Below are positions 25,165 through 38,385 of a stretch of 64,000 nt of DNA, in pieces. The stretch's first letter is position 1. Every line of letters starts with the position of its first letter. Location of the stretch: NCBI GenBank assembly GCA_035221665.1, contig CM069132.1, forward strand, positions 107,074,001 through 107,138,000, written 5' to 3'. This DNA comes from Okamejei kenojei. Lineage: Eukaryota. The translations under genes were made by a program, and so were the position numbers. The notes below the pieces were generated by a model, which was not told the DNA's origin, searched no databases, and saw only the letters and a list, made by a program, of their open reading frames with translations.

Positions 25165-26166
25165 TTTACGAAGGAGAGGTGACCATTAAGAAGTACACTG
25201 TTGTAAATCAGTCTAGAATTGCGCAGACAAACATCCAAGTTTAAACAGTACATGGACTAATCAGCTACAGGTATGGCATGGTTGCTAATAGGCGAATACA
25301 AATTATTTCTCAATCTCTGGCTATTAATAGTGGGGGAGAACCATATTCAGACTTGAAATTACTATATTAGTTCAATCTCTTTCTTTGGCAGTGAAACATA
25401 CCCACTAGCATTCGCAAAACAAGCCAAATGGAATGCTTAAGAATTCCAGAAATTCCACTGTTAGTCATGCAGATGAGATTTTTCTTCTCTCCAGCAGCTC
25501 TGTACCAGGTTGTCACTGTTTCTAAGATGGTATTAATTAGGTAGTGGGAGGGGAAGAGTGAGTGAGCTACAGCAGCTCTAAACTTGTTTGTAGTTTACCC
25601 ATTCATTACTTAATTCTAGGGCTGCTTTTGTAGTTAGGTTTGTGCATTGCTAAAACCAGTGCACAAGATTCTGATTGGGAAGGTGTAGAAAGCGTCGTGA
25701 AAAGTTAATTATTTTTAATTTTGAAAATAGGGAGGTGGTGGGAGTATTCAGTATTCTCATTCCTTTATATCTCTACCCTGTTCTGCAAAAGAAGTATCAT
25801 ACAACAAAAACACAATGTCATTAATGATGGTCAACCTGCATATTGCCTTGTACTTTAAAATCCAGGTGCTTAACTTTTAACCCTTTTTTATTGCCAAACA
25901 AACAATTTCACTGTACCTTGGTACACATGACAATAATAAACCCAAATCAGGGTCTTGGGTTTAATCCTGTTTTATATGGCAAGTCTAAACCTGTGCTTAG
26001 ATTTGGTTCCGTGACATGTTCAAAACCAACTCTTCTGAACCTATATTTTCCTGCTAAATATTTTGGGTAATTAGGTCTTCACTATTTAGAAAGTCTCAAG
26101 AACACCAACTTCAATTATTTCATGTCCAATTGTGGCAAGGTCATTGGGGTGTAAGTTAGCATTGCT

Positions 26167-26734
26167 ATAGACAATAGACAATAGGTGCAGGAGTAGGCCA
26201 TTTGGCCCTTCGAGCCAGCACTGCCATTCAATGTGATCATGGCTGATCATCCCCAATCAGTACCCTGTTCCTGCCTTCTCCCCATATCCCCTGACTTCGC
26301 TATTTTTAAGAGCCCTATCTAGCTCTCTCTTGAAAGCATCCAGAGAACCTGCCTCCACCGCCCTCTGAGGCAGAGAATTCCACAGACTCACCACTCTCTG
26401 TGAGAAAAAGTGTTTCCTCGTCACCGTTCTAAATGGCTTACTCCTTATTCTTAAACTGTGGCCCTTGGTTCTGGACTCCCCCAACATCGGGAACATGTTT
26501 CCTGCCTCTACTGTGTCCAAGCCCTTGACAATCTTATATGTTTCAATGAGATATCCTCTCATCTTTCTAAACTCCAGCGTGTACAAGCCCAGCTGCTCCA
26601 TTCTCTCAGCATATGACAGTCCCGCCATACCGGGAATTAACCTTGTAAACCTACGCTACACTCCCTCAATAGCAAGAATGTCCATCCTCAAATTAGGGGA
26701 CCAAAACTGCACACAATACTCCAGGTGTGGTCTC
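26167..26734 (-). mobile_element. CR1 LINE 3' fragment
   Basis: GLYTLEFRKMRGYLIETYKIVKG, FFSQRVVSLWNSLP; (attgtct)n tail. Confidence 0.92.
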
Positions 26735-26947
26735 TTATAATACACTTAAGTTATGGGATACTGGATGTATGAGGTTGCAAAATTTAAGATGCTAAAGAGT
26801 TTCTGCAGTAGATGACAGCTGCAGGTGTTGTGTACTGAAGACCTTTAATTAGCCATGTCCAAACTTGATGCCGCACTGCTCATGAATTGACAACTGTAAT
26901 TAAAGAAATATGCAGACCAGTAAGGCAGCATATGTATTCTCAAGTGT

Positions 26948-27043
26948 AGTAGACACAAAATGCTGGAGTAACTCAGCGGGACAGGCAGCATCTCTGGAGA
27001 GAAGGAATGGGTGACGCTTCGGGTCAAGACCCTGCTTCAGACT
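26948..27043 (-). mobile_element. PLE-LTR fragment with degenerate hammerhead core
   Basis: gtagacacaaaatgctggagtaactcagcggg ... cgggtcaagaccctgcttcagac. Confidence 0.7.
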
Positions 27044-28143
27044 TCTTCAGAATATTCTCAAGTATGATTTTATTTCAGATTGATAGAACTCAATAGTTTT
27101 AATGGAGAAATAAAATGACTGATTACATTTGTATTTTTCAGTATCGCCACACTGGAAGTTATAATGCAAACTCCAAAACTGTAGATAAGAAAATAAATAT
27201 TTTAATCGATCATTTATTTGGCTGTAAATGTAGGAGGATGGGCAAAGTAGTATTAAGTGGTGATCAAAGAAAAGTTTTCACAGAACAGGTAGGATGTGGA
27301 AAAGTTGAAAACAATTGACCACTCGACTGAGGTAATCAACCATTTAAAAAGAATGAAACACACACATGAAAAGGCAATTACTTAAGGGCACTCAGCAATA
27401 GAATTAGACTGGGGAATTTGTGAGAAAAAGCTCATTTAGATAACAGTATGATGTCTTCTGTACCAAGATTTGATTTAAAGACATCTCTAACATTATACCA
27501 CAAAGATCTGGACTGTTTTCACAAGTCATGTGTGGATGATTTCAAAAATTAACGTATTGATAACACAATGAATATTCTTGAATACAGCTTATGTAAACCA
27601 ACCTACAGCTAAGGATGATGTTTCAATGTTGATTAGGCGATGGGAGGAGTAAAGTGATAGTGAAAAACTATCGCAAAAGAGGTTGTAAGCTTGATGTGCT
27701 GAAGGAAGTAGCTGCAGAATGAGATACCTTGTCTGAAGAAACGATGTCTGCTGAAAGATAAAAGGAATGCAAAATAAAAATGTTAATTTGTTAAGGATGA
27801 GAGGGTTGTTGAAGGGGTCACACATTACAAAGGTGCGATGGACATTACGATCAGGTTTGGGGATGATGTAGGGTATTTTGTTGATTTGCAGCATATATGT
27901 CTGCAAAGGAACCTTCCTGCTTTTGTTTTCTTCTGTTTAATCGAATGAAGATTCTGGCAGTTTCCTTTACAAGGTCTTAATTTGACATGTCTTGTTTTAT
28001 GATTTAAGCGGTGCCTGAATAATTGAATACATCAGGGGCCAAATCCATGAAAAATTCCCTTTCAGGCTTTTCAAGGTCATAATAAGCAGTTGCTGAGAGT
28101 GGGTGATGGTCATGAGGTTGACAGGAAAGACAGCGAGGCATAT

Positions 28144-28245
28144 CAGTCTGAAGAAGGGTCTCGACCCGAAACATCACCCATTTCTTTTCTCCAGAAATGC
28201 TGCCTATCCTGCAGAGTTACTCCAGCTTTTTGTGTCTTTCTTCGA
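28144..28245 (+). mobile_element. PLE-LTR fragment with hammerhead-like core at 28148-28175
   Basis: CTGAAGAagggtctcgacccGAAAcATC. Confidence 0.75.
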
Positions 28246-28699
28246 GGTATATCAGCTCATGGTTGCCATGAGAATGGTGGTAAATGATAATAATGTTATT
28301 GAAACAAAGATATTCGTTTGTTCAAAATAGTTATGCATGTTGTTATTTTTGTTTATTTACGCAAGTTTTATTGAACTGAGATCTTGTTCAGAAACTTGCT
28401 GTTTGGAAATAAAACTACCACGTTTCTTCCCACTTGACAACTTGAGAGCAGCATGAAACAGAAATAACACGAGAACTGCCACAGCACCACAATAACACCT
28501 TGCTATTTATAAACTGGCCTTCATGAACTTGTTAATACCCACTTTTACCCCTGCATTGTTGAAGTCACCACTTCCTAAAGAAGTGCAAGTACCTCCAAAA
28601 CCTAATTAAAAAAAATATAAACATGAGTATGGTACTGCAATATTTACAAATATTTTTTTGATTATAAAAGACCAGCTGCAATTAGAATGGAATTCTGCA

Positions 28700-29566
28700 C
28701 AGGATCCCCCCAGGGTTGCGTCCTCAGCCCCCTATTGTACTCCCTGTACACACATGACTGTGTGGCTAGGTTCAGCTCCAACTCGATAATCAAGTTTGCT
28801 GATGACACTGTGGTGGTGGGCCTGATCTCAGACAATGATGAGAAGGCCTACCGGGAGGAGGTGGCTGATCTGGCACTCTGGTGTCAGGACAACAGCCTCC
28901 TCTTGAACATCAAAAAACGAAGGAGCTGATCGTGGACTTTAGGAGGGAGGGCACAACATCCTGAGGATGTACATACCATGCAGTGAGGCCTTTACCACCT
29001 CAGCAATTGAGGAAATTCAGAGTGTCTCCGAGGATCCTCCAGTGCTTCTACTCTGCGTCTGTGGAAAGCATCTTGTCCGGAAATATTACAATCTGGTTTG
29101 GGAATTGCTCTGCCCAGGACAGGAAGGCTCTGCAGAGAGTAACGCACTATGGGAACTTCACTCGCCCCTGTGCAGGAACCAAACATCAGGAGGTGCAACG
29201 CCAGAGCCAATAAGATAATGGGAGACCCCTTCCACCCCTGCAACGGACTGTTCCAGCTGCTACGGTCAGGCAAACGCCTCCGTTGGATGCTGTGAGAACG
29301 GAGAGGATGAGAAGGAGTTTCTTCCCAGAGGCCATTCGGACTGTAAACTCCTATTTCACTAGGGACTAACTCTACTAACTTACTGTACCACAATACCGCC
29401 CACAATATTTAATATGGAAAAGAACATGTGATTCCGTTTGTAGTTTGTTGGTTGTTTGTTTGTTAGTTTTTTGCACGAAGTCCGCAGACACTGCCACTTT
29501 TCATTTCACTGCACATCCCGTATGTGTATGTGACGAATAAACTTGACTTGACTTGACTTGACTTGC
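28700..29566 (+). mobile_element. Rex1/Babar-like LINE fragment
   Basis: GSPQGCVLSPLLYSLYTHDC, IIKFADDTVVVGLI; aataaa then (cttga)n tail at 29542-29566. Confidence 0.9.
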
Positions 29567-29753
29567 TTTAATAGTGATTAAATAAAACTTTTCTCTTTCC
29601 AAGTCGTTTATTTAATTGGGTAATTAAGTGATCTGGTACATCTTGATGTGGCATGGATTAACAATTGGGTTTGTTGAATGAGCAACCCCTGCAGTGTTGC
29701 ATTGTGTGGATTTGACAGTGAGCCAGAATGGCAGGCAGCATGTATTTCCAGCA

Positions 29754-32000
29754 GGGTACACAGAAGGCTGGGGAAACTCAGCGGGGGCAGCAGCTTTAAA
29801 TTTTTTTTTAGGTGAGGACCACTGCCCTTGTTGCGAGTGGGGGAATGGGGAGAGAGGGCAGTGTTGCGGGGTATGGAGGAGACCCTGGTGCGAGCCTCAT
29901 CTATAGTGGGGGAGGGGAATCCCCATTCTCTGAAGAATGAGGACATTTGTGATGACCTGGTGTGGAACACCTCATCCTGGGAGCAGATGCGGCGTAGACG
30001 GAGGAATTGGGAATAGGGGATGGAGTCCTTACAGGAAGCAGGGTGGGAGAAAGAGTAGTCCAGGTAGCTGTGGGAGTCAGTTGGTTTGTAGTGGATGTTG
30101 GTCAGGAGTGTATCACCTGCAATAGAGATGGTGAGGTCAAGGAATGGTAGGGAAATGTCGGAAATGGTCCAAGTGTATTTGAGTGCCGGATGGAAGTTGG
30201 TGGTGAAATGGATGAAATCAGTCAGTTTGTGTGTGGGTGCAGGAGGTGACACCAAAGCAGTCGTCGATGTAACAGAGGTAGAGGTCGGGATGGGGCCCTG
30301 GTACGCCGAGAACAAGGATTGTTACGACGTACCCGACAAAGAGGCAAGCGTAGCTGGGGCCCATGCGTGTTGCCCATAGCTACGCTTTGTGTTTGGAGGA
30401 AATGGGAGGAGTCAAAAGAGAAGTTATTGAGGGTAAGGACCAACTCCGCTAGGCGGAGGAGGGTGTCAGTGGACGGGTATGGGTTGCTCCTCTGGTCGAG
30501 GAAGAACCGGAGGGCTTTGAGACCATCCTGGTGGGGGATGGAGGTGTAGAGTGACTGGACGTCCATGGTAAAGATGAGAGGATGGGGGCCTGGAGAATGG
30601 AATGCGCGGAGCCGACGGAGAGTTTCTGAGGTTGAACGTAGGTGGGGAGGGATTTAACAAAGGGGGAATAGGATGGAGTTCGGTGGGGCACGAACAGGCA
30701 GAGACAATGGGTCTGCCAGGGCAGTCGGGTTTGTGGATTTTGGGGAGAAGGTAAAATCGGGCCGTGCGGAGCTGGGAAACGATGAGGTTGGAGGCTCGGG
30801 GGGGGTAGGGAACTGGAGCTGATGAAGTCGGTTATGGTGCTCGAGATGGTGGCCTGGTGTTCGTCAGTGGGGTCATGGTCCAGGGGTAAGTAGGTGTCCG
30901 AGAGTAGGTGCGCGGCCTCCGCTTTGTAGAGATCGACGCGCCAGACTACCACGGCACCTCTCTTGTCGGCGGGTTTGATAACCCAGTCTGGGTTGTTACG
31001 GAGTGAGTCGATGGCAGTACGTTCGGGGCTGGAGAGATTGGAGTGAGACAGGGGAGTGGAGAAGTCGAGGCGGTTGATGTCCCGACGGCAGTTCTGGATA
31101 AATAGTTCTAGAGCCGGAAGGCTACGAGGGGGGGGTCCAAGTGGAGGGGGTACGTTGGAGACAGGAAAAGGGATCATCAGTGGGGGGTGGGACTTCTTCC
31201 AAAGAACGCTGTGAGGCGGAGGCGACGGTAGAAGAGCTCCAAGTCGTGGTGGGCGCGGAACTCATTGAGGTGGGGACGGAGGGGGACAAAGGTAAGACCT
31301 CTGCTGAGGACAGACCTTTCAGTGTCGGAGAGGGGGAGGTCCGGGGGGATGGTGAACACGCTGTAAGGATGGTGGTTGTGGCCGGAGGAAGGCAGGTGAG
31401 TGTACTGATGATGGAGTGTTGTGTGGTGGAAGGGTGGAGGGTGGTCAGGGGGCGAGGGGGTATGAGGGCTGTGGTGTGTGTGGGGAAGAGCAGGGGTTAC
31501 ATGGTAGGGGGGGGATGGGGAAGACCCAGTGGAATAGCCACTAAGGTTACTGGGGCTGGGGAGCCAGGCACTAGGACCCAGTGCCGTTAAAAACAGAGTG
31601 GTGGGAGGAGTTAGCAACGTGGAGGCTTCAGGCCCACTGCAGAGTCCAGTCTGCAGGTGAGGCGACGGCTGTGGGCTGCTGGAGGGCGGTGGAGTGTCGT
31701 GGGTCGGCGGACCCAAAGGTAGGAGTCCCGTGGGTCGGCGGACCCAAAGGTAGGAGTCCGCGGGTAGTGGAGTCGGGGTCGGCGGGCGATGCGTTGGAGG
31801 TCCCGGTGGGCGGGTGGTCGGTCCGACCTGTGAGGTGGCGAGATGAGTGGGGTGCGGTGGGGCGGCCATGTTCGGGGAGCCCCGGTCCGGCGGCGATGCA
31901 TGGTGAGGCGGGTGCGGCTGTGGTCTTCGGCGGGCCCAGTACAACGCCGATGCTGGATGGGCCCGGTGCGGCGGTTGTGACCTTCGGCGGGCCCACATGC
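29754..32000 (-). mobile_element. Penelope-like retroelement with frameshifted RT, 3' region deleted
   Basis: LSDTERSVLSRGLTFVP, NLSSPERTAIDSLRNNPDWVIKPADKRGAVVVW, MDVQSLYTSIPHQDG, YKPTDSHSYLDYSFSHP, IPYSQFLRLRRICS; 13-bp TSD tgtatttccagca (29741-29753 and 32001-32013). Confidence 0.92.
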
Positions 32001-32926
32001 TGTATTTCCAGCATGTGGACTGTCTTGTGAATCATCAGTTCTTGGTCTACCTTGGAGAGTCTGATCATTTCCAAGGTTCCTAAAGCTAAGTCCTCACAAA
32101 AATACCCTGTGCTGTCAACCTTGTTTTGGTGAAAGCTGAAAAAACTGATGTTCGGATTCTCACCCTGAAGTGACAGGTGTCTACTTTTGATAGATTTCTT
32201 GACTGTGCAGATGTGAGTTTGCAGGATTCCATGTGTCTTAACCTATCTGCTTCTCAAGAGTTCATCGAAAGTGATGAGACCCAGCCTTCTGTGGGTGGAA
32301 ATGGCAGGGTCTGATTGGTTCAATATTAAAATTATCCCTTTTGCAACATTCGCTCACACTTTGCACTTTATGTACTTTTAATTTGACTACAGTTAGCAAA
32401 AGACAAAATTAAGTGATTTTATACCTGTGTAAAGCCGTGTGCGGACGTGGCGCTGACGGACGAGAGGCGAAGCAAAGAAGTCGAAGCCAAAGAACGGACT
32501 GGAAACAAGGCCGAAACGATAATAAAACAAAAGTGTCCGAAGACGAAACGCCTACTAACTGAAAGGGCGCCTAAATGCAAACTAACCAAAAAGGGTGGGA
32601 CGCCTAAAACCCAAGGAACCAAAAAGCTGCGTCGCCTAAAAGCAAACTTACCTGAATGGCCGCTCGAAACGCCACCTACCCGAAAACCGGCCAAAGCACC
32701 GACTGCCGCTCAACAGAAAAGTTCAATAACGGACTTGATGTTGCCGGGGTGCGGGACTTGTCAGCGATTGGTCCAGACCACCGCGTCCATCACATCACTG
32801 TGAAGGCATGAACATTGTCCCAAACCTCCGCTCCACCCGACCCGCAGCCCGCGGAGGGTGGCCGTGGGAGAGTGGGGGCTGTCCCGAGCGATGCACACCT
32901 TCGGCCGCTTTCACCTTGGTGCTTGA

Positions 32927-33287
32927 TGACGGATCGATGGTGGAAAGGGTCAAGAACTTCAAATTCCTGGGCATGCATATTTACGAAGGTCCCTCCTGGT
33001 CCCAGAACACTGATGCAATTATAAAGAAAGCACATAAGTGCCTCTACTTCCTGAGAAGATTACAGAGAGTCAGTATGTCAAGGAGGACGCTCTCGAACCT
33101 CTACAGGTGCACAGTAGAGAGCATGCTGACCGGTTGCATCATGGCTTGGTTCGGCAACTTGAGCTTTCGGTGGACACACTGATCTGTTCTGTATTTATGC
33201 CTACAATATTCTGTTGTGCTGCAGCAAGCAAGAATTTCATTCTCCTATCCGGTACACATGACAATAAATTCTCTTGATTTGACTTGT
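32927..33287 (+). mobile_element. Rex1-like LINE fragment
   Basis: VERVKNFKFLGMHI...KAHKCLYFLRRL; 3' end like the 18620 copy. Confidence 0.85.
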
Positions 33288-33399
33288 AGTCATGTAATCC
33301 TTTCGCTGCCTGGATAGCACGCAACAGAAAAGCCTTTCACTGTACCTCGGTATAGGTGATGATAAATTAATAATAATAACCTAATAAAGCTTGGCTCAT

Positions 33400-33680
33400 A
33401 GCTTTTTGTCGCCTTTTCATCTCTGGCCAATGTGCACCTATCTGCCAATCAACCTCCCTCACCTATCACTTACCTGGCTTTGTCCCGCCCCCACCTCTCC
33501 CAGCTTTCTCCCTCTACTACAGTCAGCTTTCTCCCCCCACAACAGTCAGTCTGAAGAAGGGTCCCACCTGAAACATCATCTCTCAATGTTCTCCAGAAAT
33601 GCTGTCTGACCCGCTGAGTGACTCAAGCACTTTCTGGTTTTTTAATCAAGATTCTGGCATGCACAGTACTTTGTGTCCAC
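33400..33680 (+). mobile_element. PLE-LTR fragment with degenerate hammerhead core near 33551-33580
   Basis: cagtCTGAAGAagggtcccacctGAAAcATC then ctccagaaatgctgtctgacccgctgag. Confidence 0.65.
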
Positions 33681-34553
33681 CGTTGTTCTAATGGCTTTGA
33701 TTTGAACTATGATCATTTTCAATAATTTGGATATCTATAAACATAATTGCCCAGACAAATCTATCCACCAGGAAATTTATTATTTGCTGACTACCAACTC
33801 ATTCTGCCATTTACTAAGGCAAGCTGAGACATTTGGTTGTATTGTATCTGTTTTGTGATGCTCCAATGAAAATTAATTTGTCCCAAGCAGAACAGAAATC
33901 AGCCCTGGCATTTATTGTAGCAAATCAATCTTATGCTGATCGGATGTTTTCGTTGTCAGCTGTGCATGTAATTGCATCTTTCTGTACCTTCTTCAGTATA
34001 GGCCAGGAGAATCTGGGTCACATTTTTCCAAAGCACATCTCTTGTTACACACAGTCAGCTCCACCAGGTATTAATGGTGCTGCGTTTCTATAGATACACA
34101 GTTTAAAGCCGCCTCGCTGAACAGATTTGGCTCACAACACATTCACTGACTGGAACTTCTTTCTTTCTGCCTCTCAGCCCTGACTTTGGTTAAAAGGTAT
34201 TTGGACTGCACCATGGATAGGAAAGGTTTAGAGGGTGTAGGGCCAAACATGGATTGGTGGGACTAGCATAGATGGGGCATCTGGTCAGCATGAGCATGTT
34301 GGGCTGAAAATCCACTTACACTACAAGTATAACTCTACAAGTGATTCCAAGTCATCAACTCGATTCTTTCTGACATTTGACCCTCCACTAAAACTCGGCC
34401 TATTCACCATGAAGTTCAACACTTCTCCTACTGCTTGGTTCTTCACTGTTCCCATGACCAAAGATTATATTTTTTCCTTCTAGTTCTTTGTGGTGGCGTA
34501 ATACATTTTTTTAAAAATCCTTTTGTAAAGCTAATTGGTAACTGTCAATATCT

Positions 34554-34707
34554 TTAGCTTTGGGTACCACTGAAATAGTAGGCAACAATCCTACAACCAA
34601 AATGGTTGGCATATTGCTCTGCAAACCAATTAGCTTTGGGTACCACTGAAATAGTAGGCAACAATCCTACAACCAAAATGGTTGGCATATTGCTCTGCAA
34701 ACCAATT
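34554..34707. repeat. Perfect 2-copy tandem repeat, 76-bp unit
   Basis: ttagctttgggtaccactgaaatagtagg...gcaaaccaa occurs at 34554 and 34630. Confidence 0.95.
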
Positions 34708-35619
34708 GATATGGCACTGAACGTCCTGGTTACAATCTCGTGTTGTTCGAAAATATCAATCATGATAGACAAATACAACTATTCTGTTATTCCTGCTGCT
34801 TAGAGTTTAGTTTTCAGAATTTTTGCTCAAGCTATATCAGTGAAATATTGTTTGTTGTATTTTTATAAATGTATGAAATATTATGATATCATCATCTCAC
34901 TATTACATTGGTAACATCTGATCATTTTGTGTAAAGTGTGAATGGGTTTATATTGTAAATGACTTGTTGGAAGTAACAGTATTGTTGGATGCATTTTTTC
35001 TTATTCATTTCTTCTTGCTGAAATCCCTCATAAAAATAATAGGTTAAATATTTATGAATAGCAGCAGTGAAAATACAATTAGACATATTGATCTATATTC
35101 GTTCAATGGAATTAATTTTGTAAGAAGGAGTTGCATTGTAAAGCAAAAAATCAATTTGTCACTTACAATGAGTGACATTTGCGTGATTTGTTAGCTCCAC
35201 TGTTTTCAATGTGTTCTGAATGATTTTATAATCTGCTTAATCTCTTGACTTCTTTTACTGTGCAATCAAAGGATATTGGACAATTGAAGTATTAACTATG
35301 GGAGGAATTTTCCTGCAAAAGTTAAGTAATTTGAGCAACATGCAGGTTGAATCTTTCCGTAGCGCTCGAGTTTTTATTACTATATACGAACACACACACA
35401 CGCACGCAATCACGCACACCTGTAAAAAAAAAATGCTCTAGTTGAATTATTTTTAATTTGCAGGGAAATGAACTGAAGCATAATTCTTTCTCGATATATA
35501 ATGTGTTAGGTGTCAAATGTCCCACAGTTACGTGGCAAGAGGCATAGTCACACTGCAGGGAATAGGTCCCTTTTGGCTGACCAAGTTGTCTCTCTGAGAT
35601 GGTTATTTTTGTATGTAGT

Positions 35620-36420
35620 TGGGCTACATCCCACTAAACTATTCCTATTCACATTACTGTCTAAATATATTTTCACCATTGTAATTGTACGAACTCTAAA
35701 GCTTACTCTGGCAGCTTGTTCCATATATCGGCTACCCTCTGTGTGAGAAGATTGCCCCTCACCTCCATTGAAATTGTTCCCCTCTTATTATAACCCTATT
35801 TCAGACTCCCCTACCCTAGAAAAAGACTGTGACCATCTACCTTATTAATGCTCCTCATAATGTTATATACCTCTATAAAGTCACCCTTCAGCCTTCTACA
35901 CGCTAGGGAAAAATATCCCAGCCTATCCAGACACTTATAATTCAAGCTCTCCAGTCCTAGTAACAACCTAGCAAAACTCTTCTGAACCCTTTCCATCTTA
36001 ATGATGTCCTTCCTATAACTGGGTGACCAGAATTTCATACAATACTCTAAATATGGTCTAACTAATAACATACTGTTGGAACATGATGCCCCAACTCTTG
36101 TACTCATTGCCCTGACTGATATAGGCATCCATGCAAAATGCCTTCTTCAATACTATCTACCATGTCTCTAATTTCAGGGAACTCTGTACCTTTACCTCTC
36201 TCTGTTCTATAACAATCTCTATGGTCCTACCTTAAATGTGCAAGTCCTAACCTGGTTTAATTTGCAAAGTGTAACACCTCGCACTTTTCTGAGTTAAACT
36301 TCATCTGCAATTATTTGCCCTGATTGATCTTGATTTCATTCTAATATTAGATAACCCTCTTCACAGTCCACAATACCACCAATGTTGGTGTAATCTGCAA
36401 ATTTATCAACTATGCTATCG
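35620..36420 (-). mobile_element. Older CR1 LINE fragment
   Basis: LVRPYLEYCMKFWSPSYRKDIIKMERVQK...RRLKGDFIEVYNIM. Confidence 0.8.
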
Positions 36421-36486
36421 TCCTTGATTATGCCCCTGGCCTTGCCGAGACAGCATGAGGTATAAATGGAATCAATAGAAGGGAGG

Positions 36487-37050
36487 GTACACAATAAGCT
36501 GGAGAAACTCAGCGGGTGCAGCAGCAGCTAAGGAGCGAAGGAGATAGGCGACGTTTCGGGTCGAGACCCTTCTTCAGACTGGTCAGGGATCAGGGAAACG
36601 AAAGATATAGACGGTGATGTGGAGAGATAAGGAACAATGAATAAAAGATATGCAAAAAAGTATCGATGATAAAGGGAACAAGCCATTGTAAGCTGTTTGT
36701 GGTGTGAAAATGAGAAGCTGGTGCGACTGGTGTGGGGGAGGGAGATAGAGATAGAGGGAATGCCAGGGCCTGAGGGCTGAGGGAGAGGTGGGAAGGGGAG
36801 GAGACAGCAAGGGTTAACAGAATTGAGAAAATTCAATGTTCAAGCCCAAAGGATGCAGACTCCCCAAGCGGAATATGAGGTGCTGTTTCTCCAGCTTGCG
36901 GTGTTGCTCACTCTGGCCGTGGAGGAGGCCCAGGACCGAGAGGTCGGATGCGGAATGGGAGGGGGAGTTGAAGTGCTGAGCCACCGGGAGGTCGGGTTGG
37001 TTTTTGCGGACCGAGCGGAGGTGTTCGGCGAAACGATCGCCAAGCGATCG
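36487..37050 (-). mobile_element. Penelope 3' fragment (GIY-YIG C-terminal part plus LTR) inserted in a Rex1-like LINE
   Basis: Minus strand reads RFAEHLRSVRKNQPDLPVAQHFNSPSH...LIFRLGSLHPLGLNIEF; 15-bp TSD tcaatagaagggagg (36472-36486 and 37051-37065). Confidence 0.88.
36550..36577 (-). ncRNA. Minimal type I hammerhead ribozyme motif in PLE LTR
   Basis: CUGAAGA-a-gggucucgaccc-GAAA-C-GUC: intact core, 5-bp stem II, loopless palindromic stem III; stem I only about 2 bp, so activity is uncertain. Confidence 0.65.
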
Positions 37051-37350
37051 TCAATAGAAGGGAGGTTGGTTTGTGTGATGGCCTGGGCTGGGTCCACAAT
37101 TCGATGCAATTTTTTTCAGTCCTAGATGGAGCTGTTCGCAAACCAAGCTGTGATGCATCTGGAAAAATGCGCGATATGGTGCATCTGTAGAAGTTGTTGA
37201 GATTTGGAGGGGAACATGCCAAATTTCCTAAGCCTTCTAAGGACTAGAGGCATTCGTGTGCCTTTTTGGTCGTTGCTTCAATGTGGATGGTCCGGAAGAA
37301 GTTGGAGGTGATATTGACTCAAAGGAATTTGAATTTTTCAACCATCTCTA
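37051..37350 (-). mobile_element. Rex1-like LINE fragment (host of the PLE insertion; other part about 36425-36486)
   Basis: Remnants 'NNFYRCTI' and 'HRIVDPAQAITQTNLPSID'. Confidence 0.7.
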
Positions 37351-38385
37351 TTTTATTTCATCTTTTTCCACCATCTCGGGACCTACACAATCCTTCGAAG
37401 TGAAGCAGCAATTCACTAGCAAACTTCTAATTTAGTGTATTGTGTGTTGTACTCACAACATGATCTCCTTTACACTGGAGGATCTGAGTTGTACAACTGG
37501 GGCAAGTACTCCACCGTGCTACCTGAAACCAATGATCAGCTTGTTTGTTTTGCACTTGTTGATGGTGAGGCTGTTGTCTTAAAACCCTCTATTTCCTTCC
37601 TGTACTCGTCATAGTAGAGAAGTAGATTGTTCAGCGTGGGCGAGTTGGCCTGATAGTCCTGTTTCCGTTCTGTGTGACTCTGACTCTGACATTATAAGGC
37701 TGTCATATGAAATATATCATGTTCTTATCATTGCAGTTCAGTACCGCAGCATAGCTTGCAAGCCCATTTCAGAACAGTTCACTCCAGAAACTGAGCGTTA
37801 TGGTTAACTATGGAACACGTTGGTCTCTTGGTAGCGGTTGTGTATTTACATTGTGATACTACTGAACAATAGATGCACCGTGCAACTGTGTCTCACGGAA
37901 TGTCATGATTTTGCAAATAGTTTGGAATGCTCAGTTTGCACTGGAAGGTTCTAGATTAATAATTTAAATCGTTAATCATCTGTGTTGTAAATAAACCCCT
38001 ACCACTTTGAATTGCAGCAATTATATACATCCAATGAAATATGAAGGCAAGGGAGTCATAGGAGACTTTGGATTTGCTTTCCGAATGCTACTGACCCAGC
38101 TGAGTTTAACAACATTTTAAAAACTTTATAATTACTTTTGCTGATACCAACTTTTATTTCTGGTGAAGTTGTGAAGTTCTGGATTTATTTCCAAGGGCAA
38201 GGGCAAGACAGAACAAGAATTATATACTGAAAGATTCAATTGGCCTCTGGAAATTGGCCTTATTGTGTGGGGAGTGGAAAGTGAGATAACCTAGACCTAG
38301 TGTGGATGGGTGATTGAAGTGGACTTGGTGGGCAGATGGGCCTGTTTTCCTGCAGTATCTCTAAATTAAACTAACCAGGGAGCAT

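Noticed and set aside
31141-32074. Several overlapping Pro/Gly-rich ORFs
   Set aside because: GC-rich low-complexity 5' region of the Penelope element with short tandem repeats, not independent genes
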